64,000 bases of DNA from Antedon mediterranea (Eukaryota > Animalia > Echinodermata). Every line of letters starts with the position of its first letter. Position 1 is the stretch's first letter. Below the pieces are notes generated by a model. That model was given only the letters and a program-made list of their open reading frames with translations. It searched no databases and was not told the origin of the DNA. Positions 26,301 to 41,300 of the stretch are shown here, one piece after another. A program made the translations under genes and the position numbers. The stretch is from positions 18,724,001 through 18,788,000 of the forward strand of contig NC_092671.1 of assembly GCF_964355755.1 (NCBI RefSeq), written 5' to 3'.

Positions 26301-29300
26301 GACCTTGGGTTCAATCTTGACCTAGTAGGGTTGTATAACTCACAACTCTTACACCTCCACCCCTAAGCCTCAAATGATTGTTGTTTAATGCATATGAAAT
26401 AATAAAGACAATTTTAAAAACTAAAATTGTGAGTGGCTAGGAAGCTCCTCATTAGGTTCTTTCTTTAATCTTATATCTTATAATTTCTATTGATAATAAA
26501 TTACTAAACAGTTTTAAAAAGAGAGTTAATTAAAAGGAAAAGTATTTTAAAGACTTGTTTTTGTTGGAAATTAAATGAAACAAAACAAAAATATCTATGT
26601 GTGATCTTAACCGCTTTTACAAATACCGTAAGTTATTAATGAACTAATTTTATTGCAACATTAAACCAGTTAGTTGTCACTAAAACATTAATGACAACAG
26701 TAAAATAATTATACATTTTGTTTCTCTTCTTTTATAGATTCTAAAATCATGGCCACTAACCACTGTGAAACGATGGGCAGCTTCTCCAAAGAGTTTTACC
26801 CTGGATTTTGGAGATTATTCTGACAGTTACTACTCAGTACAGACAACAGAGGGTGAAGCTATTGGTGCTCTTATTGCTGGGTATATTGATATTATTTTGA
26901 AAAAGGTAAGTGCATCTCATTGCAAAAATGCAATATACATTTTCTGGAAATTGTGCTCCAGGAAATAATAATTTTTTACGAAGGTGAATGAAGAGGTGTA
27001 GAAAAGGGAAGCCTCACTCTCAATTTATATATATAAATAGTTAACCTCTGAATTTGAAAAATGTATATTAATTCCAAGGTGTCATTTCTTATTCTGCCTT
27101 CGATTAGATAACATCGAATGTCGAATTCAAAAACATTTTCTGAACAATCAAATTATTTTTCTTAGCAAAAAGGAAAAGACCGATTAGGCATGGAAGGAGA
27201 TGAAGAAGCAACATTGTTAGAAGATAGTGTATCTCCAGCCAAAGCCACATACATGCATCATCACTCAACCAGTGTTGGTCATGGATTATCAGGCTCAGTA
27301 GCTATGCCTGGAGTCATGAGAACTGGAGGATCTGGTAACACTATATTTGTTTTCAATCATAATCATACATAATAATATTATAGTTTATGTTGTAATTGAA
27401 TGAAGGATGAATTTGAATTCTGAATACATGCTAACAAAAAATTGAATTACTATTACAAAATATAACTTGATATGGACATATGTATTCCATCTCGTGCATC
27501 CAAGATGCATAACATTTATCAAAACTACTGTAAGATAATATTAAAAAATGTAATTAATTTAGTTAAACTTGTTACAACCAGAAAGAGTTAATGAGACACT
27601 AGGCTGGCTGTGGTTTAAAGACCAATATTTTGTGAACCAAATGGTACCAAGTAATAATCGCCTTTGGTATTTGTTAAAATCTGACAAATGTTTATATTTA
27701 TTTTTAAGTTGGTAATAATGCAGTAACTTTGGGTGAGATGCAGAGGTCACAGCAGGTTACCATTCAGGGCCAGGCCCATGCAGCACATCAGGCTCCACTG
27801 GTATGTAGACAGAGATACATTGTTTTATCATTGATAGTATGCTGTATAGAATGCATTGTAGCTCCTTGTACAACTACCTGCCAGTTCCGACACCCAGCTA
27901 CCCCTTACTCGATCTGCAAGGACAACCAAACTAACAACATTTTTATAGCTTACTGGTATTTTAAGGGTATTTTCTGTTAGAAGTGAAGTAAATGCTTATT
28001 TTTCTAGATAATGTATCGGGATATCCAACTATAAAATTGTTACACTTTCAAAGTGCTTCAAATTGGACAAATTGTGTTATTGGGAATTTTTGTTTTCTTC
28101 ACACAGATCAATGCAGCTAAACAGCCTGGACTTACAACAGCGCAGCAAGCATTGAAAGGAACAATCCAGCGTAGTATGTCAGACTTTGTTGAAGCTAAAG
28201 ACTCTCTTGCTGAAGAAACCCAGATTCAGGTTGTGGGAAAAGATCCTGTAAGTACATCACCGCTTAACATAAATTTACAGTACAGTAGAAGCCCTCCTTT
28301 GAATACACCCCTGTTAAGAAGACACTTTACCTTAAAATCAGAAAGGTAAAAAGACCCCTATGTCAGACTTTGTTGAAGCTAAAGACTCTCTTGCAGATGA
28401 AACTTAAATTCAGGTTGTGGGAAAAGATCCTGTAAGTACATCAACACTTAACATCAATTCACTTTAAACACACAAGGGTAAATAAAGTAGAACCCCTATT
28501 CAGAGGACACACCCCTTTTAAGAAGACATTAAGTCCTGAAGGTGTCCCCTTAATCGAGGTTTCACTGCAATTAAACAATTTTATTTCACAGTAAATGTTA
28601 CATTTTCTTTTAATTATATAATATATAAGTATAATCCATATGATAAATAGAAACATAATTGTGAGATGGTACAATAAATAGACTTAAAATGTTATCATTG
28701 CCACTGTGTTAATGACATGGAAGCCAGTTAATACAATTATTGTTAGTGAAATTGTTTCTATTTTTGGTTTGCTAGGTATCTCAGCAATGGAGACAGAATC
28801 AAATTGATGTTCAGAAGCAGCATATCCAGTCGCAGCTGAGTGCAATGTCTGCTGCCACTGCAGGTGTCATTAGTCGTACCTCTGCACCGGGTGATGAGAT
28901 TGATTATAATGCTGTTGGATCTCATGTTACCACCATGTATGTGCTTGTACTTGCTCATACTTAACTGCTTGCATTATTTGTAAATCATTGTCTTGATACA
29001 TTCACAACCAATTCTCATAGAAAAATTTGCTAATGCAGAATCGCATGTGTATATGGTTGCAAAACACATGTGATCCTGTATTACAGAATTGCCCTAAATC
29101 TAGATATTGTACTGAGAATTGGCTACCTCTTCACGGTGCATCATTTTTTAAGCTGTGATTGTGATAGAGTTGACTCCCTAGTTTTATCACAGTAGCTATC
29201 ACAATGCTAATTTAGTCTGTATTGTATAAATAAATTGTAAAAAATAATCACTAATAAGATCAAAAGTATCAAACTAGAATATTATGAATTTTGTGTATTG

Positions 29301-32300
29301 ATGTTAGATCTACCAACCTATCAGAGTTAACTAAAGGTGTGAAGATGTTATCATCTCTACTTGAGAAAGATGGTGATGGTGGAGATGACATTCTCAATGC
29401 TGCTAGATCTCTGATGGATGCCTTTTCTGATCTTCTAAAGGCTGCTGAACCAGACAGTACTGAGGTCAGTAGTCCATGTTCTTGATTCCTGATTAGTTTC
29501 TAGGGGGAAGAGTAGTGAAAAAATGGCATGTTGGAAAATAATGTCTGTTATGTGTTTTGTACTTGGCCTTTTCATCATTCACCAGAAAACACTAGTGTTT
29601 TGTGGCCAAATATGGTAGTGATATGATGTCACATTTTGTTGTCACATAAAGTTTGATAGTGTAGACAGAGTTTAAGATTATTGCTATAGACTGTAAGACA
29701 TTTTTTGCACTTTATAATGGAGTAGGGATGGAAAGTGAGTGATTATGGGGTTCTAAAGTGTCTCTTGTTCATTTCGTGCAGACTTTACTTTTTTTGTTAA
29801 TCACTTTTTATTACGTTTTTTAGCCTCGACAAAACCTGATCAATGCTGCTAACAAAGTTGGAGAAGCCCAGAATAGATTGCTCAAGTCACTCGGTGATGT
29901 TGGTGATGTTGATCCAAAATTCCAGGTACTGTATGTTTATTTTTAATTCTTCTATGTACTTATAATAATATACTATGAGAAGTATCATTTTATATATTTT
30001 GAATATTATTTTTAAGATCTACTGAATGAATGCGAATATCTTATCTATTTGTCTATAGGACATTTTTTTAATGGCTGAGAAAATGTGAAATCGACTAAAT
30101 CTACAACAAAAAATGCTTATAAATGCAAATATATAAACTGCGATTGAGTCTATTTAATCTATTGAAACAATCTATAATATTGTCTAATATTTGCCACAAA
30201 ACAATTATGAAAAAATATTAACCGTTAGTAAAACCAAAATTGTATCAAACTTGTTATTTTGTTGTATTTTGAAGTAATTGTATTGAATGTTTACAAATTC
30301 TTATTTTAATGTCAAGCACGCACTGATACAGATACGACTTCAGGTAGAATATCTTCTAAGTAATAGTTGTCTTCTGTTTTACAGCATTCTTCTTATGGGA
30401 TTTTTTTTTTCTCTTTTATGTCTATGGCTTATTCTCTATTTGCGCTTATGTTCACTGTTGTGATTATGTGATTTCCTTTAATTTGTTTGGTTTATTGTAC
30501 TAGCTGCTTATAAATAAACATTTTTTGTAAACGACTGTATGTTTAATTCTTCAACAAAAGACTTTTTTTTTAAGTTTCTTATTGTTAAAAACTTGGTAAA
30601 ACTGTTGGTATATTAACAACCAATTTTGCAATATGTAACATCCTTTATTGTTTATCCTTTATCGTGTTGAGACACAATTTTGTTGCTTTTTTTAAAAATT
30701 CATACCACCTACAGTAACATCTCTCATTTACCCATTTACACATACACCTTTGTTAAAACTGGTATTTTCCTTTCCAATTTTACTATGATTTGTGGAAACC
30801 GTGAATAAGTCTAACATTGGCCTGTTAAATGCACCAAAACATAATTATTAGTAACATTACGGTACTAAAATTTGTGAATTCTAAACTAAGATTTGTAAAC
30901 TTGAGATGTTACTGATGTGGGTTTTGCATGTGTTTTTTGTGTGTGTCTTAGTATGTTGTAACATACTACACTTGTATACTATAAAATGTTTCCTATTGAG
31001 AGGGAACTGTTTTATTCAATATTGGTTATCAGCAAGAAAAGTAAAATAAAATCATACTTTTTGATTACTAAACTAAACTAAACTTTTTGTTTTATATTAG
31101 GATGCTTTGCTAGGCCTCGCTAAGGCAGTTGCCAATGCCACTTCAGATCTTGTGATGAAGGCAAAGAATGTAGCTGGACAGGCTGATAATCAAGATAAAC
31201 AGAACAAGGTGATCGGCTCAGCCACACAATGTGCACTGCATACATCACAACTTGTTGCATGCACAAAGGTTAGTTTTTCTTTTCTGTAAGCCTTCAAGAT
31301 GAAATTCAAGAATTAGTTATGAGACACCGTTGCAATGTCGCACAGTATAAAATTTCAATTTGTGCATTGTACGGGAAAAGTGTATATATAAGGTTGGATC
31401 CAGTCTTGGTATTCTAAATCGAAACATTGTGGCATTCTGGCTCTGGATTTAAGATCGAACAAATGTGCTTGGCATAATGTCAATGATTTTGCCTAAGTCT
31501 GTTTTCAAGTTAAATAATTTCCTATGTAAATATTTTACATAGTTTTTTTCTTAGATGGCAAAGTTCATTCCATGTATTTTTTAAATAGTTTGATTTTGAT
31601 ACATAAAGCCAGTTTTTTTCACTTAAGTGCTTAAATTATCTTAAAGTAAAAACATTGATACATGCCAGCCTTGGTATAACTTGAATGATAAAAATGTAAT
31701 AAAATTTAACTTTGTCAAAGGTATTTTTGATATTGTGATAACGCTTGTTTTGTAGGTGGTTGCCCCTACAATTAGTAGCCCTGCTTGCCAGGAACAACTT
31801 GTTGAAGCTGCAAAGTTAGTTGCCAAGTCTGTTGAAGGAGTAGTTGACTCCAGTAAGGTGAGTTAAAGCTATCCATGTTAAACAATAATTCATAATACAA
31901 ATTTACCATCGTATTATTATTATTATTTAAAATGTAAATTTGTTCATTTTAAAGTGTTTAACACACAAAAAAAGAGTAAAAGCAAACATGATTTGTTTTA
32001 GCAAACAGTTGTCAATTTGTTAAACCACCTTAAACATGCACAAACCATGTGTTTTTTAGAAAGTCTTTCTATTTTTATTTAGCTCATTATACTCCATGTT
32101 TACCATGTACAATGTCTTTGGTCCTTTCTGGCTTATTTTAGCATTCTCACATAGAACTTGTCAACCAAAATAATGTTATATTCAATTCAAATGTCTTCAC
32201 AACACTTAGGAGAAAACATAGTAAAATAGTACATTTGATTTAAAATTAACAGTGATTATTATTTATGTAATTTATTATTTCACTTTTAAACAATAAAGTG

Positions 32301-35300
32301 AATGAACTAGAAGGGCACTCACTCACCATTCTGGCGGAGGTAATAAAAGAATACAACTTGACTAGTAGTATATATAGTGTAATTTTCAAGGACCTTTACA
32401 TAAATAAGTGATAAAGTGTCCTACCCAATTACTTTATTAGTTTTTTTATACTAAAGAAAATCTACATAAATACAAAATTAAATATACCTTTTAATTAAAT
32501 ACAACTTTTTAAATTAGTTTAAGAGACACAATGATGAAGCGTAGGGAGGCGTGATTTTGAGTTTTAAAAACCTCAATCCATTAAAATTAATTTGTCTATG
32601 TTTGAATTCAATTAGAAAACAAAATTCTTTTCTTTTAAAATCTATTTCTCGCATGCCTATAGTAATAGCCATATTTGAATGCGATAATGTAATTAGGGTG
32701 CTATATTTATAGGTTACAGGAATGAAGAAATTCTTTACAAACAAGGTAGAGTTTACTGCCTGTGCATCTCATGTGCACAACATGCATTTGATGACTAACC
32801 TTTAAAATGTTAATTTCACAATCTGTGCATTTAAGGTTCATACTGGTTAGTTATTGATTTGCAGACCAAATAATGGGCGTTGTCCTCTTTCCTCAGTTTT
32901 TAATTTGTAATTGTTAGACATGAAATTAAACATACTATACTATTTGAATATATTAATGATATAATTTAAAGGCCAGGTACGGGCAAAAAATTTCTATTGA
33001 TCATACATTCCAATAATTATCGATCTATAGTTTCCCCTATGTTTCATAATTTTTGCGATTTTATTTGTGTTACAAGAGCTTGTTGAAAATAAGCACTTTC
33101 TTATCAGTGGGGGGGGGGGGGGGGTAGTTCAAATTACACAGTAAAATCTCTATTCTTTTGTACACAAATTTTGTAAATAGAGAGGCGTTTTAAAAAGGTA
33201 TGAAAACTAAACAGTGTGGTAAAAAATGTTATCAGATGACTAAATATAGGTAATATAACTTGAATATTACATTTCTGGTATTTTTATTCAACTTCAGATT
33301 TTTATTTTCATGCTTTGCTTTAGCAAAAATTATCCACCGTATATCCACCATCTTTTTTCACCTTCTAGGGAGTCACTAGACATGTTATTACATTAGGTTA
33401 CCACCCAAGTACTGAAAAAAGGTCTTCCTGTTTTTTATGGAAGAATTTTGCCAATTTTGACTATATTAAGGGAAATTCCTGTTTTTTCGTATTTATTTCT
33501 GTTACAAATATTTGATTTATGTACAATTAACCAAAAATGTTATTAAAAATGCATGCCTGTACCTGAGCTTTAAGAACCAAACATTTGGAGTTCAAATTGA
33601 TGAATTGATTCATTTTTAGGTGTGTCCTTTGAGTCTGATTTCTGCAAAAAAGTAGGATTGTTAGCCTAATGAAAGGTTAAACAACAGGTTCACTTTGAGT
33701 ACACACAAGCCAGATCTGTACACTTGCCATCCAGTTTAAAGTTGTTATTACTAACACAATTATGGGCCTTAAACCTGTGCCGACATTATGGATGTGGTTG
33801 GCATTGTCCCCGTCTTGTACAAATGGCCCATTTTGCAAGATTAGGTCATAGATCAATGAAAACCCTATATAAGTTTTCATTGAAATAATGGAATAATTTA
33901 TTTGATTCTATTAACTTTTGTTTTTAATTTGGTTGGTATATTTGTGCCTGCTTATTGCATTATGTGCTTGATTATAAATTGCATATTTACTAGCAACCAA
34001 AAGAAATCAGTGTCTCCATCAAGATAAAAGTAAAAGTAAATGTATGTAAATATTAATAATGATTCATAGTTATATTGCACCATTTAACTTTTATTACTTT
34101 AGAAGATAAATTGGTTGTTATTTCCTTAAGTTGGTTTTGATGGATATTATTAGATTAATATTGTTCATAGCTAAAGAATAGAGATGAATTTTATATTTCA
34201 CCACAATTTAATTTTTTTAAGTCTGCTTAGCAATAGATTATTTATAAAAACGGTATATTTAGTGTACTGCTACAGTGCTAAATTGAATATAGTGGAGTCT
34301 GTTAGGGATATTTTGGTTCAGTTTTCCAAAACCGCCTAATTTGGTATACAGGTTGCCCACCCAATACGATTCAATTTTTAATGGGTGCCAAGCAAAATGA
34401 CCCCTTGGGTGACCTAATTTGCATAATTTAAAGGTGAACATTTTCGCTTAAACACTCTATAACTCTAAACTACTGGTCATTGAGAGTTAATTTTTAGCTC
34501 AAAATGTTCAAAACATTAACATTCCTATTTACTCTAATGAAGTATTCTTAGACTGAATCAAAATATACTGTTTTGGGTGTTTTTTTACAACTTTTCATTT
34601 ATCTTAAACTTCCTATATACAAGTTGTTTACACTTAAAAGGCCTTAAATGCATGTATATTTGTGATTGCATTATGCATTTTGGTTATATAATTTGATTAG
34701 TTTAACAAACATCTATTTTCAGGTTAGAAGGCGTGTTCATAGTTTTTCTGGTGTACGTAATAGTCTTTTAGTTTATATTTCACCACGTACAAGGTCACAC
34801 ACCCTTATTTATGACCAATATTCTATTCAATAATTTACTTATTTTATATAATGCATTGGAATAAGCTGACTGTATATTAAGTAATGTATGTTTTGCCTAT
34901 TTTGTTTGAATGTTTGAATTCACTCTATTGTTTATTTATTTCTCAATGCACAGTATACAGTAATTGTTTTTTTTAAAACTTGTACACTTCCATATACAAA
35001 ATGTTTAGCACACACAGGGATACCTGGCTTATTCAATTTATTTATGAATTACTTTCACCAATTTTGAGAGAAAATAACACAGAGTATGTCCTCGCATTTC
35101 CATTAATATAAACATGATATGACTTCTTACTTCATGAAATGTTAGTTTATTATTGATGGTTTAAATAATTTCATGATAAAAGTCCAATTTGTTAAAGGAA
35201 TTAGTACACAGGGAGTGATCAAGTGGTTAAGACAGTGGGACCATAAATAGCCATTACATCATCAAGTGTTCAACGTTCACTCGCTTCATGGTTGGATACC

Positions 35301-38300
35301 ATAAGCCTACGGTTTATAGTCCCAGTGTACACATCTGGCTCTTGTGCACTGTAAATAACCTAGTAGTGTACATCTTTCCAGATAAGTTGGGGGTTATCTC
35401 AATTTACTAGTTCACACACAGCCACTGTCACACAAATCACTTAGGTCCTATGGGAGAACAGTCTTTGACTGAAGGGGTCACTAAGAAATGAATAAATAAA
35501 AATAGATAAAATTATATCTTCACACAGATTTATCACTTTCAAAATTATATTATTTTAAAACTGCACTATTATTATTATTACTATATTAGATAAAGTGTAA
35601 GGCTAATGGACATTTTTTGTTTCAACTACAGTATGAAGTAAAGAAGCCCACACAATACATTTTAGAATGAATATATCCAGGTTAAATAGGGGTTTTTTCC
35701 CAAAAGAGTTTTTGTGTGTTTTGGTTGAAAATGTATTTTTTTTACTGCATTAAGATACTTGATGGCTGTAGGTTTGTATTATATTTTATACTTACTATGC
35801 AATGATTTGAGTAACACAAGAATATTTTATATTTGTTTATAAATGTACATGAAGTAGTTTTGATTTTAACTTTAAATGATTTATATAAATTAGGATGCTA
35901 CAGAAGATGAAAACCTTCTGAAGAACGTTGGTGATGCAGCGACAGCAGTTACCAAAGCTCTTAATGACCTGCTTATGCATGTGAAGCAAGGGACGGGTAC
36001 CAACAAGCAAGGCCAGGTTTACGAGGAAGCTTGTGACCGTATCATGGTTGCATCCGAGAGGCTTTTTAACAGTGTCGGGAATGCAGCTGAAATGGTCAAA
36101 CAGGCTAAAGTACTGGCCCAGGTCAGTAATTATAGTAAAATTGTTTGTTTTTTCATATATTTAGGCATATTGCCAAAACAAGCAATTAATTTACTTATTC
36201 CAATCCTGTTCACAGGACAAACATACAGTACACAAGATGCTCTACATAAATACAGTCTTAATCAAATCTTAGTCATGAGAAAAAATATTGACATCTTCAG
36301 GATTTGAACCCAGGAGCCTAACTCTACGCAATAACAGCTTTCCAACCTTAAACCCACTTTAACTGTATAACACATAATTGCATAAGCTCAGCCCTTTGTC
36401 AAGTCAGATGTGTAACAACAAAGGTTATGAATACATGTATTTCTATGACTAAATAAAACTAATATGATTTTGTTTGCTCTTGCTAGGCTACATCAGAACT
36501 GGTCAATGCTATCAAAGGCGAGGCAGAGGCGATTGGTGAAGGTAACTCACAGAAACGTCTTCTGAATGCGGCCAAAATCCTTGCCGATGCTACAGCCCGT
36601 ATGGTAGAAGCTGCCAAGGTCAGTAATTACATAAAACATACAAGTCAACCTACATGACACTTTGATCATTTTCAAAAATCTGTAAAGTAAAAAACTACAT
36701 CTCATCCTTCTAGCATTAAAGATTTTATTTATATATTCATTTGAATTTACCTGAATTTGATACAGGTATTAGATACAAGTATATTGTGTAGAAATGGAAA
36801 GGTTACCAATAGCTTCTGTATTATTGTAAATAATGGCAGAATTAAGAAAAAAAGGCATAGAATTCCCTTTTTATGTTTGCAAGTGCGTCTATAGTTTTAG
36901 AATGAGAATTTTAAATAGTGACAATTATCGTGTTAGGTGTTCTCAGACTGTATGCTAAGGTTTTCAAATCTCTTCACTAAATAAGTGAAAAGCCTATTTT
37001 AGTGTGATTTTCATTTACTTTTTTTTCTGTCTTTTTATATGGAATTTTGTTACTCTGAAATAAATTGATCAATCAATCATAAGATAATAAAATGTTTTTA
37101 AACTGTTAAATTCAAAGTAATGGTAACTTTTTTAGTTATGTGCAACAAGTCCAAATGATCCTGCACAGCAAGAAAAGCTTGTGAAAGCAGCAGAGAACCT
37201 GCGTAATGTGACCAACGCAGCTGCTGCGAATGCACAGAAGAAGCGTGTCCTGCAACAGCTTGAGGTAAATTAACATTTTACCGTTATTTAATTTACTGTT
37301 TTAATACACAATAGTAAACATGATCCGTTATGCAATATATTTATATTTAGTCAATTTGTTTTAAAAAAAAGATAAAAATTGCCGCAATAAAAAATGATTT
37401 ATGCCATGCCATTTGGTGTATAGCCTAATTGTGAAAAAAATTATTAATTATTTTGAATGTGAAAGAGACAAAAGCCACACTGATTAAAATCTAAATGTAC
37501 ATTAATGTAATTATCCAAATGATTTTCTTTCTGTATTGCAGAATGCAGCTAAGCACAATGTTGCAGCAGCCACTCAGTGTATTGCTGCAGCTCAAGGATC
37601 TGAAAGATCTAACCGCAATAAACCATCTCACCAAGCTCTTATTGCAGAATGCAGGGTATTTTGTGTATTTATTTTAATGTAAAAAATGGTCATATGCTGC
37701 CAGGGGACATTTGCAAGTTTTAGTAATCTAGAAACATGCATGCAGGACTAGGTCTACACTATGAAACTAGTTTGACAAAAAAAGTGTGATGTGCCCAAAT
37801 ATGGTGGTGATATGCCCAAATATGGTAGTGATATGGTGACATTACCATGTCAATATATGGGCACATCACATTGTTTTGTTACATACATTTTGATAGTGTA
37901 GATATAGTTTACTCTGGAATCTTGACTTTGGTGAGGAGATGGTTCAAACATTGATGAACAATATATCCATTCAATTTCTACTTGTATTCCTCTATTATTC
38001 TGTCAATGTCTGCTATTGTCTATTTCTATATTTTACCTTTATCTCAAATTACAGTCTGTTGTTGAGCATATACCAGAGCTAGTTCATGGCATTAAATCAT
38101 ATGGCACCAACACAGAGAGTCCTGCTGCTCAGATGAACTTAATCAATGCTAGTCAAAATTATATTCAGGTATGTATGCTATGCTAGAGGAGGAGGCCTAT
38201 TGGGCCTACAACAATATAAGTGCTAAATATTGATTGCTAAAGGCCTTGTCTGAACATATAGCACACAAGGAGTCTGTTGATAAGCTTGTAAAAATGTCAT

Positions 38301-41300
38301 AGGTTGATGTGACATTTTCATCTTGAGCACTTATTTTCATTCTCTATATTTTCATAATTTTCTGTGTTTTTTAATTAATTCTAAGATTTTAATATAAATA
38401 ATATATTTTCAATTATCTACAGCCTGCAACTAAAATGGTGTCTGCTGCAAAAGCTACCATACCATTTGTTTCTGACCAGGCAGCAGGACTGCAACTAAAC
38501 AAATGTGCAAAGAATATGGCTACAGCTCTCAATGATCTTAGAACTGCCTCTACTAAGGTAAAGTCCTTGTTAATATTTTGTCATGATTTATCTTTTAACC
38601 TATTCTACCGTATTTGCAATAATATATTATTCATTTCCTAATCTGTGTAGGCTCAGGAGGCTTGTGGCGACCTTGAGATTGACAGTGCTATGGACATGAT
38701 CAGAGCCCAAGAAGATGAGTTGAAACAGATTAAATTAGCAGCTCAAGACCTAAAGTTGCTACCTCTACCAGGAGAAACTGTAAGTATTGAAGGATCAAAA
38801 AGAGCATGTCTAACTACTTTCCTTTTTTGTACACACTGTAGTATAATACAGTGACTCTCCCAGAACTAGAATGTAAACTGATATTTCAATATTAATATTT
38901 GAATACTTGAATTTGCCTTCTTTATTTGAATATATAAAAACGGACACTATGGCATGTTTATTGGCTTTATGTTTTTATACTAAAGGAAAATGTGTGTGTG
39001 ATCTCCTTTGGTTCTTATTGTGGGTTTGAATTGTTTTATCTTTAGTTGATAGTATGTTAATCTTACAGCCTGAGTCTTGTGCTGGACAACTTGGAGCAAC
39101 ATCTAAGGGCGTTGGAGCTGCCATGGCTCAACTGCTAACAGCAGCAGCCCAGGGCAACAAAAACCACACAGGCATTGCAGCAAGAGACACTGCCAATGCA
39201 TTGAGGAACCTTACTGGTGCTGTTAGAGGTGTTGCAGCAACAACTCAAGACCGCAAGGCTCAGGATGAGTTGATAGATCATGCTATGGATATCATGGATA
39301 AATCGGCTAATTTACTGAATGAAGCTAAGAATGCACTTGCTAATCCAAGAGATGCAAACAATCAACAGAGGCTTGCACAAGTAAGTCAAATCAAGGCTAG
39401 TCTTTACTAGCAAATTTTAGTTTAAAATTTGGCAAACTATTTAGGCTGTGCAACTTCTTAACTAATTAGTTGGATGAGATTTGGGAACACCTAGCCAATT
39501 AAATGAGTGTTTATCATGTGCAGACTGATGAATGACAGCCTTCAGTAAAGAGTTTCATAGTATAGACAGGCACTGGCATATTTAAAGTAATAACAATTTG
39601 GTAGTATAATAAACTTCATACTCGCCCTGCATATAAGCTGATCAGCTGATTTTATTTATTTTTTCCGATACAAACATTATGAATATAATCATTTAATGTA
39701 CAAATTGTTTGATTAAAGATAATTTAATTTGAAGAAGATTTAATTTTTTAATGAATACAAATAACATGTATATTTAAAAAATAGGTTGCCAAGGCTGTGT
39801 CTCATGCTCTCAACAACTGTGTTAACTGCCTACCTGGCCAAAAGGATGTTGACTCTGCCCTTCGAGCAGTCACTGATGCCAGTAAAGGCCTGGCTACTGG
39901 CAAGGTAATATATTTATATAATTTATAAATTTATTAGATATTACAAAAACCTAATTGTGTACTATCTATAATATGTTGTAACTGAGTTAACCTTTGTAAT
40001 CCCTTCCCTGAATAATTATAGATATTATTTCCCTTCTAAATAGTTACTATTACTCCTTACAGCCTGTTTAACTTAAATTATTATTTTTTTCTTATATATA
40101 GTTTTGATATCTGACATTAAAACGTGTCCTATATATCCAATCTAAATGTTGCTATACTGTAATGTTAATAAAATTATTAAGATTAAAAACTGAATCTATG
40201 TTTTACAATAAAATCCTGCATTACCAGCTAAATTTATGTAATTCAGTATTCAAATTTCTGTATTCAATTTTTTTGTACGCTATTCTAATTGGAAACACTA
40301 CCCATTAGTTTCTTTACAACCATGTCTTTTTAAATACATTATTTTATGTTTTTGGTGCTTTACACCAATTAGTGGATCATTATTGAATATGAAATATAAA
40401 TACAAATGAAAAAAAAAAAGATAATCATGCATATTTGCTTAAACAATTTTTGCTGCATGCTGGAATAATCAGAGACAAAGTATGTTACTGAAATCAGAAA
40501 CTGTATCAATACCAGTTCGGATGATGCAACGCCTAGAGGGCACTGTCCCAAAAGGTTACCCTGCTTATATTTATCAGGTAGTATTTTGTATGGCCGTCAT
40601 TGCTTTTAATTTTGATTGTTTCTTTTTACATTTTTGCTTTAATCATTTTGTACGTTTTGATATTATTTTTAAGTAATTGGTAAATGGAACTAATTTAGAA
40701 CGTAACAAAGAACATGAAAATTAATGATTTTTAGATATTTGGAATCTCATTACTTTTTCATTTATTCATAAATATCTCAAATTTTACATTTATTCACTGT
40801 GTTTTATTATTTATCCCTATCACCTTCATTAATCTAGTCATTTTGCATTATAAAGTTCTAGAATTGTAGCTTTGTGATTGTGATGCTTGCTTATCAATCC
40901 CAAATTAATACTAGTAGTCTATTCGAGTGGCAGAGTGATTAAGGCAGGGGCTCCGCCGCAAACCATACGGTAGCTAAACAATTGGCACAGGTTGAAGTCA
41001 CTCGACCATTGTTCTGGTGGTAGAACAAGCCAAGAACTTAAAACTGTACTGTGTACACATCTGGCTCATGTGCACTTTAAAGAACCCAGTACATCTTTTG
41101 GAAGAGTAGGGGATTACCCCGGTGTACTGGTCCATTCAGCCCTTCTCGTTGTAGACAGATAAACAGGATATGAAGGGACCCTTAGGGGAGTAGAAAGTTG
41201 TGGCATGTGTCATCCACACCTGTGCGCAATTCAGCCCAATATAAGGCTGCAAGTTGCGAGTTATACCCCAATTACGTTTACATTACATTTTTAGTATATT

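Noticed and set aside
33620-33655. Further microexon in the R2 intron
   Set aside because: In-frame TAG before any phase-compatible donor
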